DNA of 64,000 nt, from contig JACKOP010000005.1 of the NCBI GenBank assembly GCA_024234165.1, positions 234,078 to 298,077 of the forward strand. Reading direction: 5' to 3'. The stretch comes from Pseudomonadales bacterium (GTDB lineage: Bacteria; Pseudomonadota; Gammaproteobacteria; Pseudomonadales; UBA5518). Position numbers and translations under genes: made by a program. The notes beneath the pieces were generated by a model. The model was not told the origin of the DNA. It saw only the letters and a program-made list of their open reading frames with translations, and made no database searches. Shown piece after piece: positions 47,655 through 58,864 of this stretch. How positions within the stretch are numbered: position 1 is the first letter of the stretch; every line of letters starts with the position of its first letter.

Positions 47655-48551
47655 TCAGCTCCCGGGACCCTGCGCGAGCAGCGTGGCGAGCGCGCTCTCG
47701 TGCCGCCCCAATGCTGGCTGGGTGCGCGCACTCGCACCGCGATAGCGGCGCAGGTACCACAGCAGCCCGAGCAGGCGGTACAACACGCGGGCACGGAACA
47801 GGCGCTCGATCGCGGCATCACCGATCGTCCCGTAGGCGAGCAGCAGACGTTCGCGGTCGAGCGTGCTGAAGTTGCACTCTTCCGCCAGCGTCGCGAGATC
47901 GACGAAAGGGTCACCGCGGGCAGCGTATTCCCAGTCGATGAAACGCAGTTCGCCGTCGGCCTCGAGCACGTTCTGCGCGGTCAGGTCATGGTGGCACAAT
48001 GCGTCGCGGTAATTGCCGAAACGGTACTGCTCGAGCACATGGCGGGCTGCTGCAAGCCAGCGTCGCGCACGCAGCCAGCCACGCGCCTCCGCAGTGTGCA
48101 GCTCGCGGGCATAGATGCGGATCCGGTCGGCGATATTCACCGAAGGTACGTCCAGCTTCTGCCGATGCAACAGCTGCAATGCCACCGCAAGCCGATCGAT
48201 GGTGTCGCCGGCGCCGAGCCCCTCGATGCGTAACGGCCGGCCTTCGATATACGCGGTCACCAGCGTCCCGCACGCAGGATTGCAATAGACGACCTCCGGC
48301 CCGAGCGCGATGCGTGCGGCGCGATCGAGCACGCGCCGCTCCACCTGACGATCGACACCGAGCTGTGCGGCCGCCTTTTCCGGAAAGCGTGCAACGTAGC
48401 GTCGTCCGGCATGGCGGATCAGGAAACTGCGGTTGCTGTGTCCGGAGCTGAACACCGCCTCGACTTCCGGCCGCTCGTCACCGTCCCCGGGACACCACTC
48501 GTCGAACAGATCGACCAGACGGCGCGGCAGAGTATGCTGCGGTTTGCTCAC
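47655..48551 (-). CDS. aminoglycoside/choline-kinase-fold phosphotransferase (candidate thiamine kinase)
   Basis: SGHSNRSF, LCHHDLTAQNVL, and FIDWEYAARGDPFVDLA (Brenner/APH motifs). The assignment also rests on its thiamine-operon context. Its 5' end overlaps the upstream gene by 74 nt. Confidence 0.7.
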   Translation of the reverse strand: MSKPQHTLPRRLVDLFDEWCPGDGDERPEVEAVFSSGHSNRSFLIRHAGRRYVARFPEKAAAQLGVDRQVERRVLDRAARIALGPEVVYCNPACGTLVTAYIEGRPLRIEGLGAGDTIDRLAVALQLLHRQKLDVPSVNIADRIRIYARELHTAEARGWLRARRWLAAARHVLEQYRFGNYRDALCHHDLTAQNVLEADGELRFIDWEYAARGDPFVDLATLAEECNFSTLDRERLLLAYGTIGDAAIERLFRARVLYRLLGLLWYLRRYRGASARTQPALGRHESALATLLAQGPGS

Positions 48552-49125
48552 GATGATGACGTTGCCACTGGAAGTACCCGAACACGACGATCACAAGATA
48601 GACCACAAACAACAGCGCGGTGAGATGCAGTCCACGGTCCAGATACAGGTACAGCGAAACGGAATCCACCACCAGCCAGTACAGCCAGTTCTCGAGCAGC
48701 TTCTGCGCAACCATCCAGGTCGTGAGTACCGCCCCCCAGGTCGTGAAGGAGTCGAGGTACGGCAGCCGCCCCAGCCCGAACGCCGTCAATGCGCTGCCGG
48801 ACAGCACCGAAGCACCGAGCAATACCGCCACGGCCAGCAGATGATTGCGCCAGGGCCAGGTGCGGATCGAAGGCGCCTGGTCACCCGTGGCCTTGCCACC
48901 ACGCCAGTGCCACCAGCCATACACCGCCATGCCGAGGTAATAGACCTGCAGCGCCGACTCCATCGGCAACCCGACGTGCCAGAACAGGAACAGGTAGATC
49001 AGCGTGCTGCAAAACGCGGCGTACCAGCACCACAGGCTTTCGCGCATCGCAAGCAGCAGGTACGCAACACCGAGCACCACCGCGAGCGCTTCCCAGGCAT
49101 GGCGGGCCGTCCAGAACGCCTCCAC
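48478..49125 (-). CDS. PnuC-family vitamin transporter (PnuT-like by context)
   Basis: About 7 TM segments. WWHWRGG and YLDSFTTWGAVLTTWMVAQKLLENWLYW motifs. Confidence 0.85.
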   Translation of the reverse strand: MEAFWTARHAWEALAVVLGVAYLLLAMRESLWCWYAAFCSTLIYLFLFWHVGLPMESALQVYYLGMAVYGWWHWRGGKATGDQAPSIRTWPWRNHLLAVAVLLGASVLSGSALTAFGLGRLPYLDSFTTWGAVLTTWMVAQKLLENWLYWLVVDSVSLYLYLDRGLHLTALLFVVYLVIVVFGYFQWQRHHREQTAAYSAAPSGRSVRRVVSRGR

Positions 49126-49134
49126 CCGCGCGCC

Positions 49135-49389
49135 TCAGGAGCCCAGGCGCACGTCGCCGGCGATGATCTTCGCCACCAGCACCGACTTGCCCCAGGTGGC
49201 CACGCTGTGCTCGAACTCCTGCGCCAGAACCGTGAGTACGTGCGTGCTCTCACCGAAAAGCTGGGTCGACAGCACACCGCGCGTCACTTCGATGCCTTCG
49301 CGCAACTGCACGCGGTGAATGAAATCGATGACGATCGGGATGAACTCTTCCTGCAGCGGATAGAGACTGATATCGACGGAGACCTGCAT
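49135..49389 (-). CDS. YkoF/MTH1187-like thiamine/HMP-binding protein
   Basis: MQVSVDISLYPL... with an ACT-like fold pattern. 84 aa. Confidence 0.6.
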   Translation of the reverse strand: MQVSVDISLYPLQEEFIPIVIDFIHRVQLREGIEVTRGVLSTQLFGESTHVLTVLAQEFEHSVATWGKSVLVAKIIAGDVRLGS

Positions 49390-49390
49390 C

Positions 49391-51541
49391 TCATTTTCCT
49401 CTTTCGAAGTGATAGGCGACGCTGACGCCGGCCACACGCGGTGGACCGAACTGCCAGTACGGTTCGTTCACGTAGAACTTGCGCGGATCATTGCCGAAGT
49501 AGAAGCCGTGCACCGCGTAGTCCTTGTCGAGTGCGTTGCGCACCCAGGCACCGACCTCGAGAGACTCGCCACGCCAGCCGGCACCCAGGTGCAGCAGGCC
49601 GAACGCATCGCTCTTCTGATCGTCGGAATCGGAAAGGTAGTAAGCATCCTTGCCCTCGCATTCGAATCGAAGATACGCGTGCTGCAGCACGACGAGCTCT
49701 GCGCCCACGCGGAATTGCCACTTCGGCGCCTGCGCCTGCGCGCGGCCACTGCGATCGACGAAGCCGCGATCGGGGTCGTTGGCCACGAAACCGTCGATCC
49801 TGGTCTCGAGCAGGCCGAGCGAAGCGTCGATGCGCAGGCGCTGCGTGGCCTGCCAGTCCAGCGTCGACTCGAAACCGTAATTGCTGCCAGTGCCCGCATT
49901 GTCGATATAGCCTACGAACTGCTGTCCCTCGATGTACCACGCCTTCAGTTGCACGTCGCGCCGGTCCATGTAGAACAGCGCAACCGCCAGGCGCAATCCA
50001 GCGTCGGGGCGCGAGTATTTCCAGCCAATCTCGTAATTGTCGAGCGTCTCGGCGGCGTATTCGCTGCGCGTGGCGAGAAAGTCCAGGATCGTCGGGTCCA
50101 ACCCGGCCTTGCGTGCCTTGCCGATCGCCTCGCCGTTCACGCCGCCAGCCTTGTAGCCGCGCGCAACCAGTGCGTACAGCATGGCATTCGCGCCCACGTC
50201 GTACTGCGCTGCGAGCTGCCCGCCACGCAGCCAGTCTGCCGGCCTTTCACGCAAGCCGAGCGAGTCCCGATAGCGTGCCTCGAAGCGCTGCACACGCAGA
50301 CCGGCATTCAAGCTCAGTCGCTCGCTCGCCTGCCACTCGATCTCGCCGTATGCAGCGAGATGACCGCTGCGGTAGTCGCTGTTGAACTCTCCCGGCCCGT
50401 CGAGATCCCAGTCGTAAAACTCGCGCTCGAGTCCTGTGTCGCGCCGCGTGGCGTACACGCCGGCGACCCAGCCGAGCGCGCCCGGATGCCCTACGAGGCG
50501 CAGATCGAGACTGCGCGCTTCGGCTGTACGCAGGTAACGATCACTCGATGCGTACTCCCAGCCTTCGCATGCACTGCCATCGCACAGCCCGGGGTACGAC
50601 CAGTCCTCGTCGTACGCGTAGTCGCTGCCGGTATCCATCCAGGTCGCGAGCAATTGCACGTCGAAGGCGGTTGCGCCACGCCACTGCGCACTGAACGCAG
50701 CCGCACTGCTGCGCTGGTAGTCGCGCCCTGGTTGATCGGACAGTGTGTGACGGTTGTTGTCGAGCGACCAGGCGTCATAGCCATTGTGCGCATCGACGTG
50801 CAACGCCGTCAGCCCAAGCTCCAGCATATCGCTCGCCTGCCAGACGAGCCGCGCGCGCAGCGTGTCTTCGTCGATGCGGGCGGTGTCGTCGCGCCGCAGG
50901 TAATCGTTCCTGGTGTAGCCGTCGCTGCGGTTGCGATGCAACGCGAGCCGCCCCTGCAGATCGGAGGTCAGACTGCCGCTGATCACCGCACCCAGCGTAC
51001 TGCCGCCGTAGTCCGATACGCCGGCCTCGATGCGTGCGAGGGGTGTATGCGTCGGTGCCGCAGAGCGCAGATTGACCAGCCCCGCGAGTGCGCTGGCGCC
51101 GAAGGCGCTGCCCTGTGGACCACGCAGGATCTCCACCTGCTCGACGTCGAACAGCGTGCCGGCGTTGCCCAGCCCGCTGAAGTCGATGCCGTCGATGTAC
51201 AACCCCACCGAGGGGTCGACCGGATCGACGAACTGGCTGCGCTCGCCGATGCCGCGGATCTGCACGAATCGCCCACGCGAAGCCCCGGCGCTGTAGTTCA
51301 CGTTCGGCGCCGCGTTCAGCAACTCCTCGAAATGCCGCGCCTGCCGTTCCCGGATCAGCGCGGCGGGCAACACGCTGACGCTGGCGGCCACCGTATCCTG
51401 CGACTTCGGCAGCAGGCGTGCGCTAACCACGACCTCCTCGATGCGCTCCGCCGTTGCTGCGACGGACACGGAGACCACGCTCCACTGTGAAAGCACCAAC
51501 AGCGCGCACACGACGCGCGGTGAAACAAAGGCACGATGCAT
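49391..51541 (-). CDS. TonB-dependent outer-membrane receptor
   Basis: Signal peptide, TonB box/plug region EEVVVSA...FEELLNAAPNVNY...RGIG, and a C-terminal ...VSVAYHF. Confidence 0.9.
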   Translation of the reverse strand: MHRAFVSPRVVCALLVLSQWSVVSVSVAATAERIEEVVVSARLLPKSQDTVAASVSVLPAALIRERQARHFEELLNAAPNVNYSAGASRGRFVQIRGIGERSQFVDPVDPSVGLYIDGIDFSGLGNAGTLFDVEQVEILRGPQGSAFGASALAGLVNLRSAAPTHTPLARIEAGVSDYGGSTLGAVISGSLTSDLQGRLALHRNRSDGYTRNDYLRRDDTARIDEDTLRARLVWQASDMLELGLTALHVDAHNGYDAWSLDNNRHTLSDQPGRDYQRSSAAAFSAQWRGATAFDVQLLATWMDTGSDYAYDEDWSYPGLCDGSACEGWEYASSDRYLRTAEARSLDLRLVGHPGALGWVAGVYATRRDTGLEREFYDWDLDGPGEFNSDYRSGHLAAYGEIEWQASERLSLNAGLRVQRFEARYRDSLGLRERPADWLRGGQLAAQYDVGANAMLYALVARGYKAGGVNGEAIGKARKAGLDPTILDFLATRSEYAAETLDNYEIGWKYSRPDAGLRLAVALFYMDRRDVQLKAWYIEGQQFVGYIDNAGTGSNYGFESTLDWQATQRLRIDASLGLLETRIDGFVANDPDRGFVDRSGRAQAQAPKWQFRVGAELVVLQHAYLRFECEGKDAYYLSDSDDQKSDAFGLLHLGAGWRGESLEVGAWVRNALDKDYAVHGFYFGNDPRKFYVNEPYWQFGPPRVAGVSVAYHFERGK

Positions 51542-51614
51542 CCGTGACCTCCCTGGCAGGAGATCCGGACCGGCTCTATGGATACGTGGACACGCAACGG
51601 AAGATGCGCACATT

Positions 51615-51696
51615 CCCATCCCTTCGCCGGCATTATCCGGATCAGGTTCAAGGGGTTCACCGGACCATTCCGGTGTCTCAGGCGTGACCCACCCCC
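51615..51696 (-). promoter_or_regulatory. TPP (THI-box) riboswitch
   Basis: The minus strand reads GGGGGTGGGTCACGCCTGAGACACCGGAATGGTCCGGTGAACCCCTTGAACCTGATCCGGATAATGCCGGCGAAGGGATGGG. It contains the CTGAGA and ACCTGATCCGGATAATGCCGGCGAAGGGA core. Confidence 0.9.
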
Positions 51697-51769
51697 AGGA
51701 GGCCCGGAGTATAACCCGGGTTTCCGGCGAACGGCGCGGGTTTTTCCGCCGGATGTTTTCCCAGCAGAT

Positions 51770-52663
51770 CTACGAACGCACGCCGAGCCGGTCCATCAGC
51801 TCTGCCAGCCGCTCGATCTCGGCGAGATCGGCGGTGACCGGAACGAACATGATCTCGTCGACGTCGAGCGCATGATAGTCGTCGATCACACGACGCACAG
51901 CGTCTGCACTGGAACGCGTCATCGAACCGGCAACCAGGTTTGCCACGTTCTCGTCGGCGATCTTCAGATAGTCGTGCACGTACTGGCGCAGACGCGGCGC
52001 CGCAGCATCGGCCAGCGAGTGCCAGAACCCGGCCATGCGGTAGGGCCGGTCCGCGCGTCCTGCGGACTCCCACGACGCGTCAGCCATCTGCAGCATGTTC
52101 GCGACCTCGTGCTTTTCGCCGTTCATCGAGAATGCGTACACACCCTGCGCCCACTCGGCGGCGCGGCGCATGCTCTTGGGTCCCATCGCGCCAGCCAGAA
52201 TCGGCGGCCCACCGGGCTGCACCGGCACCGGACCGACGGGGTCGGCACCCTCGAACGGCGGCACTCCGGCCCAGATGCGGCGCATCTCGGCGACCTGCGC
52301 GTCCATGCGTTCGTGGCGATGTGTAAACGTCGCACCCACTGCACGGTAGTCCTTCTCGCGCCCGCCGACACCGACCGTCACCGTGACGCGCCCGCCGGAT
52401 ACCACGTCGAGCGTGGCGATCTCCTTCGCCGCCCACACGGCCGAGTGCATCGGCAGCACGTACAGGGACGGCACGATGCGCACGCGCGTGGTCAGTGCGG
52501 CGGCTGCGCCGAGCAGGATGCGCATATCGCAGGTAGGGCCGGTGATGCGCTCCCCGCACGACAGGCTGTCCCACGGCCCGGCGTCGATCGCCCGGCACCA
52601 GGCGAGCAGCGTATCGCGATCGTAATCACGCTTCATGTATGGCAGGCAGACGCCGTAGCGCAT
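51770..52663 (-). CDS. LLM-class (luciferase-like) flavin-dependent oxidoreductase
   Basis: Starts [23 protein letters not shown] motif. 297 aa. Confidence 0.85.
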   Translation of the reverse strand: MRYGVCLPYMKRDYDRDTLLAWCRAIDAGPWDSLSCGERITGPTCDMRILLGAAAALTTRVRIVPSLYVLPMHSAVWAAKEIATLDVVSGGRVTVTVGVGGREKDYRAVGATFTHRHERMDAQVAEMRRIWAGVPPFEGADPVGPVPVQPGGPPILAGAMGPKSMRRAAEWAQGVYAFSMNGEKHEVANMLQMADASWESAGRADRPYRMAGFWHSLADAAAPRLRQYVHDYLKIADENVANLVAGSMTRSSADAVRRVIDDYHALDVDEIMFVPVTADLAEIERLAELMDRLGVRS

Positions 52664-52808
52664 CGCTGATCCTCCGTTGAAGTGGCGCGCGTCGATGATA
52701 TCCGCCAGCCGCAGCGCCGTCTGCGTCCACGCAGGCGCTGCCGCGTTGATTTGTGATTGCGGGCAAGCTACTGTCGCGCCGTTCATCCCGCCCCGCAGGT
52801 CCATCGCC

Positions 52809-53096
52809 GTGTCCGCACCACGCAAGCCCCGCAATTTCGAGAAGGCGCTGGCCGAACTCGAAGCGCTCGTCGAACGACTGGAGCACGGTGACCTCAGCCT
52901 GGAAGAATCCCTGAAGGCCTTCGAGGCCGGCGTACGGCTGACGCAGGAGTGCCAACAGGCCTTGACGCAGGCGCGCCAGCGGGTGCAGTTGTTGACGGCA
53001 CAGGACGGCGCCATGCACGCCGAAGCGTTTGGCGACGACAGGGACGTGGATCTGGGCGCGGAACGAGGCGACGTTGACGCAGACGACGATGGCTGA
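52809..53096 (+). CDS. xseB: exodeoxyribonuclease VII small subunit
   Basis: [43 protein letters not shown] start assumed. Confidence 0.85.
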   Translation: MSAPRKPRNFEKALAELEALVERLEHGDLSLEESLKAFEAGVRLTQECQQALTQARQRVQLLTAQDGAMHAEAFGDDRDVDLGAERGDVDADDDG

Positions 53097-53997
53097 CGTC
53101 CCCCGGCACGACGATCCGCTGCACGCTTACCGCCAACGTGCCGAAGCGGCGCTGGCGGCACTTTTCGACACCGCCCTGATCGGCAGCGGCGATCGACGAC
53201 TGCACGCTGCAATGCGTTACAGCCTGCTTGCTGGCGGCAAGCGGCTGCGCCCGGTGCTGGTCTATGCCGCAGGCGACGCACTCGGCGGCAGCCGTGTCAG
53301 CGCCGCCGACACCGACCGCGTCGCCTGCGCGATCGAGTGCATCCACACCTACTCGCTGATCCACGACGACCTGCCGGCGATGGACGACGATGATCTGCGC
53401 CGCGGAGTTCCGACCTGTCATCGCGCCTTCGACGAGGCCACCGCGATCCTCGCCGGTGACGCATTGCAGGCGTTGGCCTTCGAACTGCTGTGCGCTCTCG
53501 AAGCGACCGACGACACACTGGCGCTGGCGCTGGTCGCAACGCTGGCACGCGCGAGTGGCAGCCGGGGCATGGTCGGCGGTCAGGCGATCGACATCGCCCA
53601 CGTCGGGCGAGCGATCGATGCTGTCACGCTGGCGTCCATGCACGAACTCAAGACCGGGGCGCTGATCGGTGCCGCGTTGCACATGGGAGCGCTGCTCGGC
53701 GGAGCACGCGGCGCGGCGTTCGAAGCGATCGATGCTTACGCACGCGCACTGGGACTCGCATTCCAGGTGCAGGACGACGTTCTGGACGCCTGCGGCAGCG
53801 CGGCTGCACTCGGCAAGACACCCGGCTCCGATGCGGCGCGCACCAAGCCAACCTATGTCACCCTGCTCGGCGAGAGCGGAGCGCGTGCATTTGCGCACGA
53901 ACTGTGCGCACAGGCGCTGGCCGCACTGACACCACTCGGCGCACAGGCCACACCGCTGGCGGACATTGCACGTTTCGTCGTCGAACGCGACCGCTGA
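53089..53997 (+). CDS. ispA: farnesyl diphosphate synthase
   Basis: GKRLRP, and the two aspartate-rich motifs [17 protein letters not shown] and FQVQDDVLD. Confidence 0.93.
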   Translation: MADVPRHDDPLHAYRQRAEAALAALFDTALIGSGDRRLHAAMRYSLLAGGKRLRPVLVYAAGDALGGSRVSAADTDRVACAIECIHTYSLIHDDLPAMDDDDLRRGVPTCHRAFDEATAILAGDALQALAFELLCALEATDDTLALALVATLARASGSRGMVGGQAIDIAHVGRAIDAVTLASMHELKTGALIGAALHMGALLGGARGAAFEAIDAYARALGLAFQVQDDVLDACGSAAALGKTPGSDAARTKPTYVTLLGESGARAFAHELCAQALAALTPLGAQATPLADIARFVVERDR

Positions 53998-54102
53998 GCG
54001 GCGCGCGACACCCTCTGCAGGCACACCACGCGACGCGATCGGTTAGAATTGCCACCCTTCCCGGCCCGTGCTGGCCGGTCCATGCGCAGGAAGCTCGCAG
54101 GC

Positions 54103-56022
54103 ATGAAACTCTTCCAGGAAATCCCCGTGTCGCGTCCGTCCACGCCACTGCTCGACCGTGTGGATTTTCCATACGATCTGCGCGCGCTCGACGAAGCGGA
54201 TCTGCGCCAGCTCGCAGACGAGCTGCGCGAGTACCTGCTCTATGCAGTGGGTCACACCGGGGGACATTTCGGAGCCGGTCTCGGCGTGGTGGAGCTCAGC
54301 GTTGCACTGCACTACGTGTTCGACACACCGCGTGATCGACTGGTGTGGGACGTGGGGCATCAGAGCTATCCGCACAAGATCCTGACCGGTCGGCGCGAGG
54401 AGATGCTGACGATCCGCCAGGCCGGCGGACTCGCCGCATTCAACAATCGCGCCGAGAGCGAGTACGACTGTTTCGGTGTCGGACACTCGAGCACCAGCAT
54501 CAGCGCCGCACTCGGCATGGCGCTCGCGGCACGCGCACGCGGCGAAAGCCGCAGGGCGGTGGCCATCATCGGCGACGGTGCGATGACCGCCGGCATGGCG
54601 TTCGAAGCGTTGAATCATGCTTCACACACCGGCGCCGACCTGCTGGTGATCCTGAACGACAACCAGATGTCGATCTCGCGTAACGAAGGCGGGCTGGCGT
54701 CGGCCTTCGCGCGTCTGTGGGCCAGCCCCATCTACAACAACATGCGCGAGGGCGGCAAACGTGTACTGTCGCGGCTGCCGGGCCCTGCGCTGGAAATTGC
54801 GCGACGTACCGAAGAACACATGAAGGGAATGGTGGCCCCGGGAACGCTGTTCGAGGAACTGGGGTTCAACTATATCGGGCCGATCGACGGTCACGACCTG
54901 CCGTTGCTGGTCAGCACGCTGGGCAACGTGAGCGAGCTGAAGGGTGCCCAGTTACTGCACGTGATGACCGTCAAGGGCAAGGGCTTCGCGCCAGCCGAAC
55001 GCGACCCGGTCGGCTACCATGCCATCGACAAGATCGATCCTTCACCACGTGTCGCGGGCGCCCGACCACGCGCGGTACGACCGAAGTACCAGGACGTCTT
55101 TGGTGCCTGGCTGTGCGACATGGCCGAACGCGACCGCCGCCTGATCGGCATCACGCCCGCCATGTGCGAGGGTTCGGGCATGGGGGCGTTCGCGCGGCGT
55201 TTTCCGGAGCGTTTCCACGATGTGGCGATTGCCGAGCAGCACGCCGTCACGCTGGCAGCCGGGCTCGCCTGTGAAGGCATGAAACCCGTCGTCGCGATCT
55301 ACTCGACGTTCCTGCAACGCGCGTACGACCAACTGATCCACGACGTCGCGCTGCAGAACCTCGATGTACTGTTTGCGATCGACCGCGCCGGGCTGGTCGG
55401 CGAGGACGGTCCCACTCACGCCGGCAGCTTCGATCTCGGCTATCTTCGCTGTGTGCCGAACATGGTGGTGATGGCACCATCCGACGAGAACGAGACCCGC
55501 CAGTTGCTGTCGACGGGTTTCCTGCACGACGGGCCGGCTGCGGTGCGCTACCCGCGCGGCTACGGCCCAGGAACCACGATCGAACCGGCACTGGACGCAC
55601 TGCCCATCGGCAAGGGTGTGGTGCGCCGGCACGGCCGCGAGGTCGCCATGCTCGCGTTCGGCTCGATGGTCGCGCCGGCGCTTGCCGCCGCCGCCGCACT
55701 CGACGCCACCGTGGTCGACATGCGCTTCGTGAAGCCGCTGGACCAGGCCCTGATCCTCGAACTCGCCGCCAGCCATGCGCTGCTGGTCAGCATCGAAGAG
55801 AACGCGATCGCCGGCGGAGCGGGCAGCGCAGTCGGCGAGTTCCTCACCGCGCACGACATCACGCTGCCGCTGCTCATGCTCGGTTTGCCGGACCGCTTCC
55901 TCGAGCATGGCAAGCCGGCGGCGATGCTGCACGACGCAGGGCTGGACGCCGAGGGAATCGAGGCAGCGGTACGCGCGCGTCTTGCCGCATCGCGGCAGGG
56001 CAGCCTGCAAGCCTCTGCCTGA
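54103..56022 (+). CDS. dxs: 1-deoxy-D-xylulose-5-phosphate synthase
   Basis: [54 protein letters not shown]. Confidence 0.97.
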   Translation: MKLFQEIPVSRPSTPLLDRVDFPYDLRALDEADLRQLADELREYLLYAVGHTGGHFGAGLGVVELSVALHYVFDTPRDRLVWDVGHQSYPHKILTGRREEMLTIRQAGGLAAFNNRAESEYDCFGVGHSSTSISAALGMALAARARGESRRAVAIIGDGAMTAGMAFEALNHASHTGADLLVILNDNQMSISRNEGGLASAFARLWASPIYNNMREGGKRVLSRLPGPALEIARRTEEHMKGMVAPGTLFEELGFNYIGPIDGHDLPLLVSTLGNVSELKGAQLLHVMTVKGKGFAPAERDPVGYHAIDKIDPSPRVAGARPRAVRPKYQDVFGAWLCDMAERDRRLIGITPAMCEGSGMGAFARRFPERFHDVAIAEQHAVTLAAGLACEGMKPVVAIYSTFLQRAYDQLIHDVALQNLDVLFAIDRAGLVGEDGPTHAGSFDLGYLRCVPNMVVMAPSDENETRQLLSTGFLHDGPAAVRYPRGYGPGTTIEPALDALPIGKGVVRRHGREVAMLAFGSMVAPALAAAAALDATVVDMRFVKPLDQALILELAASHALLVSIEENAIAGGAGSAVGEFLTAHDITLPLLMLGLPDRFLEHGKPAAMLHDAGLDAEGIEAAVRARLAASRQGSLQASA

Positions 56023-56036
56023 AGTCTGCTTTCGCT

Positions 56037-56639
56037 TCAGCCGCCCGGGTCTTCCTGCATCCAGTGACCGAGCTTGCCTGCCTTGGTTTCGAGATAGCGC
56101 ACGTTGTGCGGATTCTGGCCGGTGCGGATCGCAATACGCTCGACGACCCTGACGCCCATGTCCTCGATCGCGGCCACCTTGCGCGGATTGTTCGTCATCA
56201 GACGCAGTGCCGTGATACGCAAGTGGCGCAACATCTCCCGACAAATGCCGTAATCACGCATGTCGGCACCAAAGCCGAGCTTTTCGTTGGCCTCGACCGT
56301 GTCGGCGCCCTCGTCCTGCAGATGATAGGCGCGGATCTTGTTCAGCAGGCCAATGCCGCGCCCCTCCTGACGCAGGTAGAGCAACGCGCCGCGTCCTTCA
56401 CGCGCGATCCGTTCGAGCGCGGTGCGCAACTGCGCTCCGCAATCACAGCGCATGCTGAACAGCGCATCGCCAGTCAGGCATTCGGAATGGATACGTGCGA
56501 GCACCGGCTCACCGTCGGCGACATCGCCCATCGTCAGTACGATGTGCTCCTTTTCGTTTTCGATGTCCTCGAAGCCGTGCATGTCGAACACGCCCCACGG
56601 CGTGGGCAGGCGCGACGAGGCGATGTAGCGGATGGACAC
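56037..56639 (-). CDS. ribA: GTP cyclohydrolase II
   Basis: [23 protein letters not shown] and [19 protein letters not shown]. Confidence 0.95.
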   Translation of the reverse strand: MSIRYIASSRLPTPWGVFDMHGFEDIENEKEHIVLTMGDVADGEPVLARIHSECLTGDALFSMRCDCGAQLRTALERIAREGRGALLYLRQEGRGIGLLNKIRAYHLQDEGADTVEANEKLGFGADMRDYGICREMLRHLRITALRLMTNNPRKVAAIEDMGVRVVERIAIRTGQNPHNVRYLETKAGKLGHWMQEDPGG

Positions 56640-56741
56640 TGCACGCGGCTCCGGCCGACAGAAAGGGGGGCGATTCTAGCAGTCAACCGCCGCGTGCCGC
56701 CAACGACGAACGGCCAACGACGAACGGCAAACGACGACGGA

Positions 56742-57416
56742 TCATTTCTCGCCGAGATACAGCACTCCGTCCGCCTCGCGCAGCGTGACCCGTCCCAGCC
56801 ACGACATGCCGAGCAGCACATCCGCCGGATAGTCACCCTCGATGACCGCCGCCGCGACGTTGCGCACCACGATTCCCGAGACCTCGACCCGATCGAGCAG
56901 CACCGACCAGGCAGGCACCACGCCAGCGGCGGTCTGCACCGAACTGGTCGTGCCGTGCAGCCGGTAGTCGATACCGAGACGACGCGCCTCGCGGGAGTTC
57001 ATCGCAATCACGCTGGCGCCGGTGTCTACCAGCATCCGTGTCTGACGCCCGTTCACGGTAGCAGGGACCGCATACTGGTGACGCTCGCTGCGCGCGATCG
57101 CGACCTCGCGCCGCGCAGGTGCCACGAATCCACCCGTTCCACTGCGTCCCGGAGCGAGCGTCACGCGCCGACCCCCGACCTCGACCAGCGCCTCGCGTGC
57201 ATTCGCCGCCAGCAGCTTCACGCCCTCGGGCGAGGTCTCACCCACGCGCAGCATACGTTGCGCACCGTCGATGGCGAGCAGTGCGCGCCCCTCGAACAAC
57301 GCGCTGGCGACGATGTCCGTCTGGGCATCGCCAGCGGCTGCGCCCAACGCAAGCCATGCCGCGAGCAGGCATGCCGCCGGTCCGTGCCTGTAAGCTGATG
57401 CCCGCATCGTGCTCAT
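56742..57416 (-). CDS. retropepsin-like (TIGR02281-type) aspartic protease
   Basis: MLVDTGASVIAM active-site motif, with a signal/anchor N-terminus. ATGA overlap with the thiL stop. Confidence 0.75.
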   Translation of the reverse strand: MSTMRASAYRHGPAACLLAAWLALGAAAGDAQTDIVASALFEGRALLAIDGAQRMLRVGETSPEGVKLLAANAREALVEVGGRRVTLAPGRSGTGGFVAPARREVAIARSERHQYAVPATVNGRQTRMLVDTGASVIAMNSREARRLGIDYRLHGTTSSVQTAAGVVPAWSVLLDRVEVSGIVVRNVAAAVIEGDYPADVLLGMSWLGRVTLREADGVLYLGEK

Positions 57417-58366
57417 GCGCCCGTGAAGTGCCGGTAGCCTGCACGCTGCGGCACGAAGCCTGCGGCGCGCACCCCCGCTCCCTGCTCGACGCGGCCGATG
57501 CGCGTGCACGCCAGTCCAAGCTCGTTCGCCATGGCCATGATTTCAGCCGCACGTGTCGGCGCCACCGTAAAACACAGCTCATAGTCGTCACCCCCGCCCA
57601 GCGCCAGCGAAAGCGCATCGTCACGGTCAGCGAGCTGAGCCAGCTCCGCTGCCAGCGGCAACCGGGCAGGCTCTACCACGATCGCGACACCACTGCGCTC
57701 GGCGATGTGTCCGGCGTCTGCAAGCAGGCCATCGGACACATCGATCGCCGCACTCGCCACGCCGCGCAACGCCGCACCCAGCGCAAGGCGTGGCTCGGGT
57801 TGCAGAAACACGCGCGCCGCGGCCGTCTCCACACTGCCTGCAAGGATGTGTCGCAGGCCGAGCGCCGCGAGCCCCGGCTGCCCGCTGACCCACAGTTCAT
57901 CACCGGCACACGCACCGTCGCGACGCAACGCGCTGCCCGCCGGCACGGTTCCATGCACCTGCACCGTGATCGACAGCGGACCTCGGGTGGTATCACCGCC
58001 GACCAGCGCAATGCCGAAGCGCCGAGCGAAAGCCGCGAGCGCACCGCTGAAGGCAGCCAGCCAGGGCTCGTCCACCTCGGGCAGAGTCAACGCGAGCGTG
58101 AACCACGCCGGGCGCGCACCCATTGCAGCCAGATCACTGAGATTCACCGCGAGTGCACGCTGTGCCAGATGGGCCGGATCGAAGTCCGCCGGAAAGTGCA
58201 CGCCAGCAACCAGCGTGTCGACCGAGATCAGCAGATCCTCGGCCGCAGGCACGCGCACGATGGCGCAATCGTCACCGATGCCGAGCACGACACCGGCGGC
58301 AGCAGGAACCGCAAAGCGTTCAGCAGCGAAGTAGCGCGCAATCAGCTCGAACTCGCCGAGCGCCAC
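57413..58366 (-). CDS. thiL: thiamine-monophosphate kinase
   Basis: GEFELIARYF, IGDDCAIV, and SVDTLVAGVHFP. Confidence 0.93.
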   Translation of the reverse strand: MALGEFELIARYFAAERFAVPAAAGVVLGIGDDCAIVRVPAAEDLLISVDTLVAGVHFPADFDPAHLAQRALAVNLSDLAAMGARPAWFTLALTLPEVDEPWLAAFSGALAAFARRFGIALVGGDTTRGPLSITVQVHGTVPAGSALRRDGACAGDELWVSGQPGLAALGLRHILAGSVETAAARVFLQPEPRLALGAALRGVASAAIDVSDGLLADAGHIAERSGVAIVVEPARLPLAAELAQLADRDDALSLALGGGDDYELCFTVAPTRAAEIMAMANELGLACTRIGRVEQGAGVRAAGFVPQRAGYRHFTGA

Positions 58367-58377
58367 GTCTGTCTCCC

Positions 58378-58842
58378 TCAGCGCGTGCGCGCGCTTTCCG
58401 CCGCGCGCAGATCACGTGCGACCCGGTCGAGAACGGCATTCACGAAACGGTGGCTCTCGGTGGCGCCGAACTTCTTCGCCAGCGCCACCGCCTCGTTCAG
58501 CACCACGCGGTACGGAACGTCAGGCCGCCAGGCGAGTTCCCACGTGGCGATGCGCAGCACGGCGCGCTCCACCGGCCCCAGTTTTTCCAGCTCGATGTCG
58601 AGATGCGGTTCAAAGGCGGATTCCAGCTCCGCGAGGCGGGCCGGAACACCATGCAGGATTTCGTGGAAATAGTCGCAATCAGCGCCGCGAAAGTCGAAAT
58701 CCTCGCTGAACTGACGCTCGATGTCGCTCAACGCATTGGCGCTGATCGCCCACTGGTACAGCGCCTGTACCGCATAGTGGCGCGCCTTGCGGCGTGCAGC
58801 GGCAAGCTGGCGTCGTTGCTGCTCCGGTGCGCTGTCAGTCAA
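58378..58842 (-). CDS. nusB: transcription antitermination factor NusB
   Basis: [15 protein letters not shown]...[15 protein letters not shown] start proposed 22 nt after the ribH stop. The longer ORF to 58947 would overlap ribH. Confidence 0.88.
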   Translation of the reverse strand: MTDSAPEQQRRQLAAARRKARHYAVQALYQWAISANALSDIERQFSEDFDFRGADCDYFHEILHGVPARLAELESAFEPHLDIELEKLGPVERAVLRIATWELAWRPDVPYRVVLNEAVALAKKFGATESHRFVNAVLDRVARDLRAAESARTR

Positions 58843-58864
58843 CGGGACGGTCTCCGCGAGAGCC

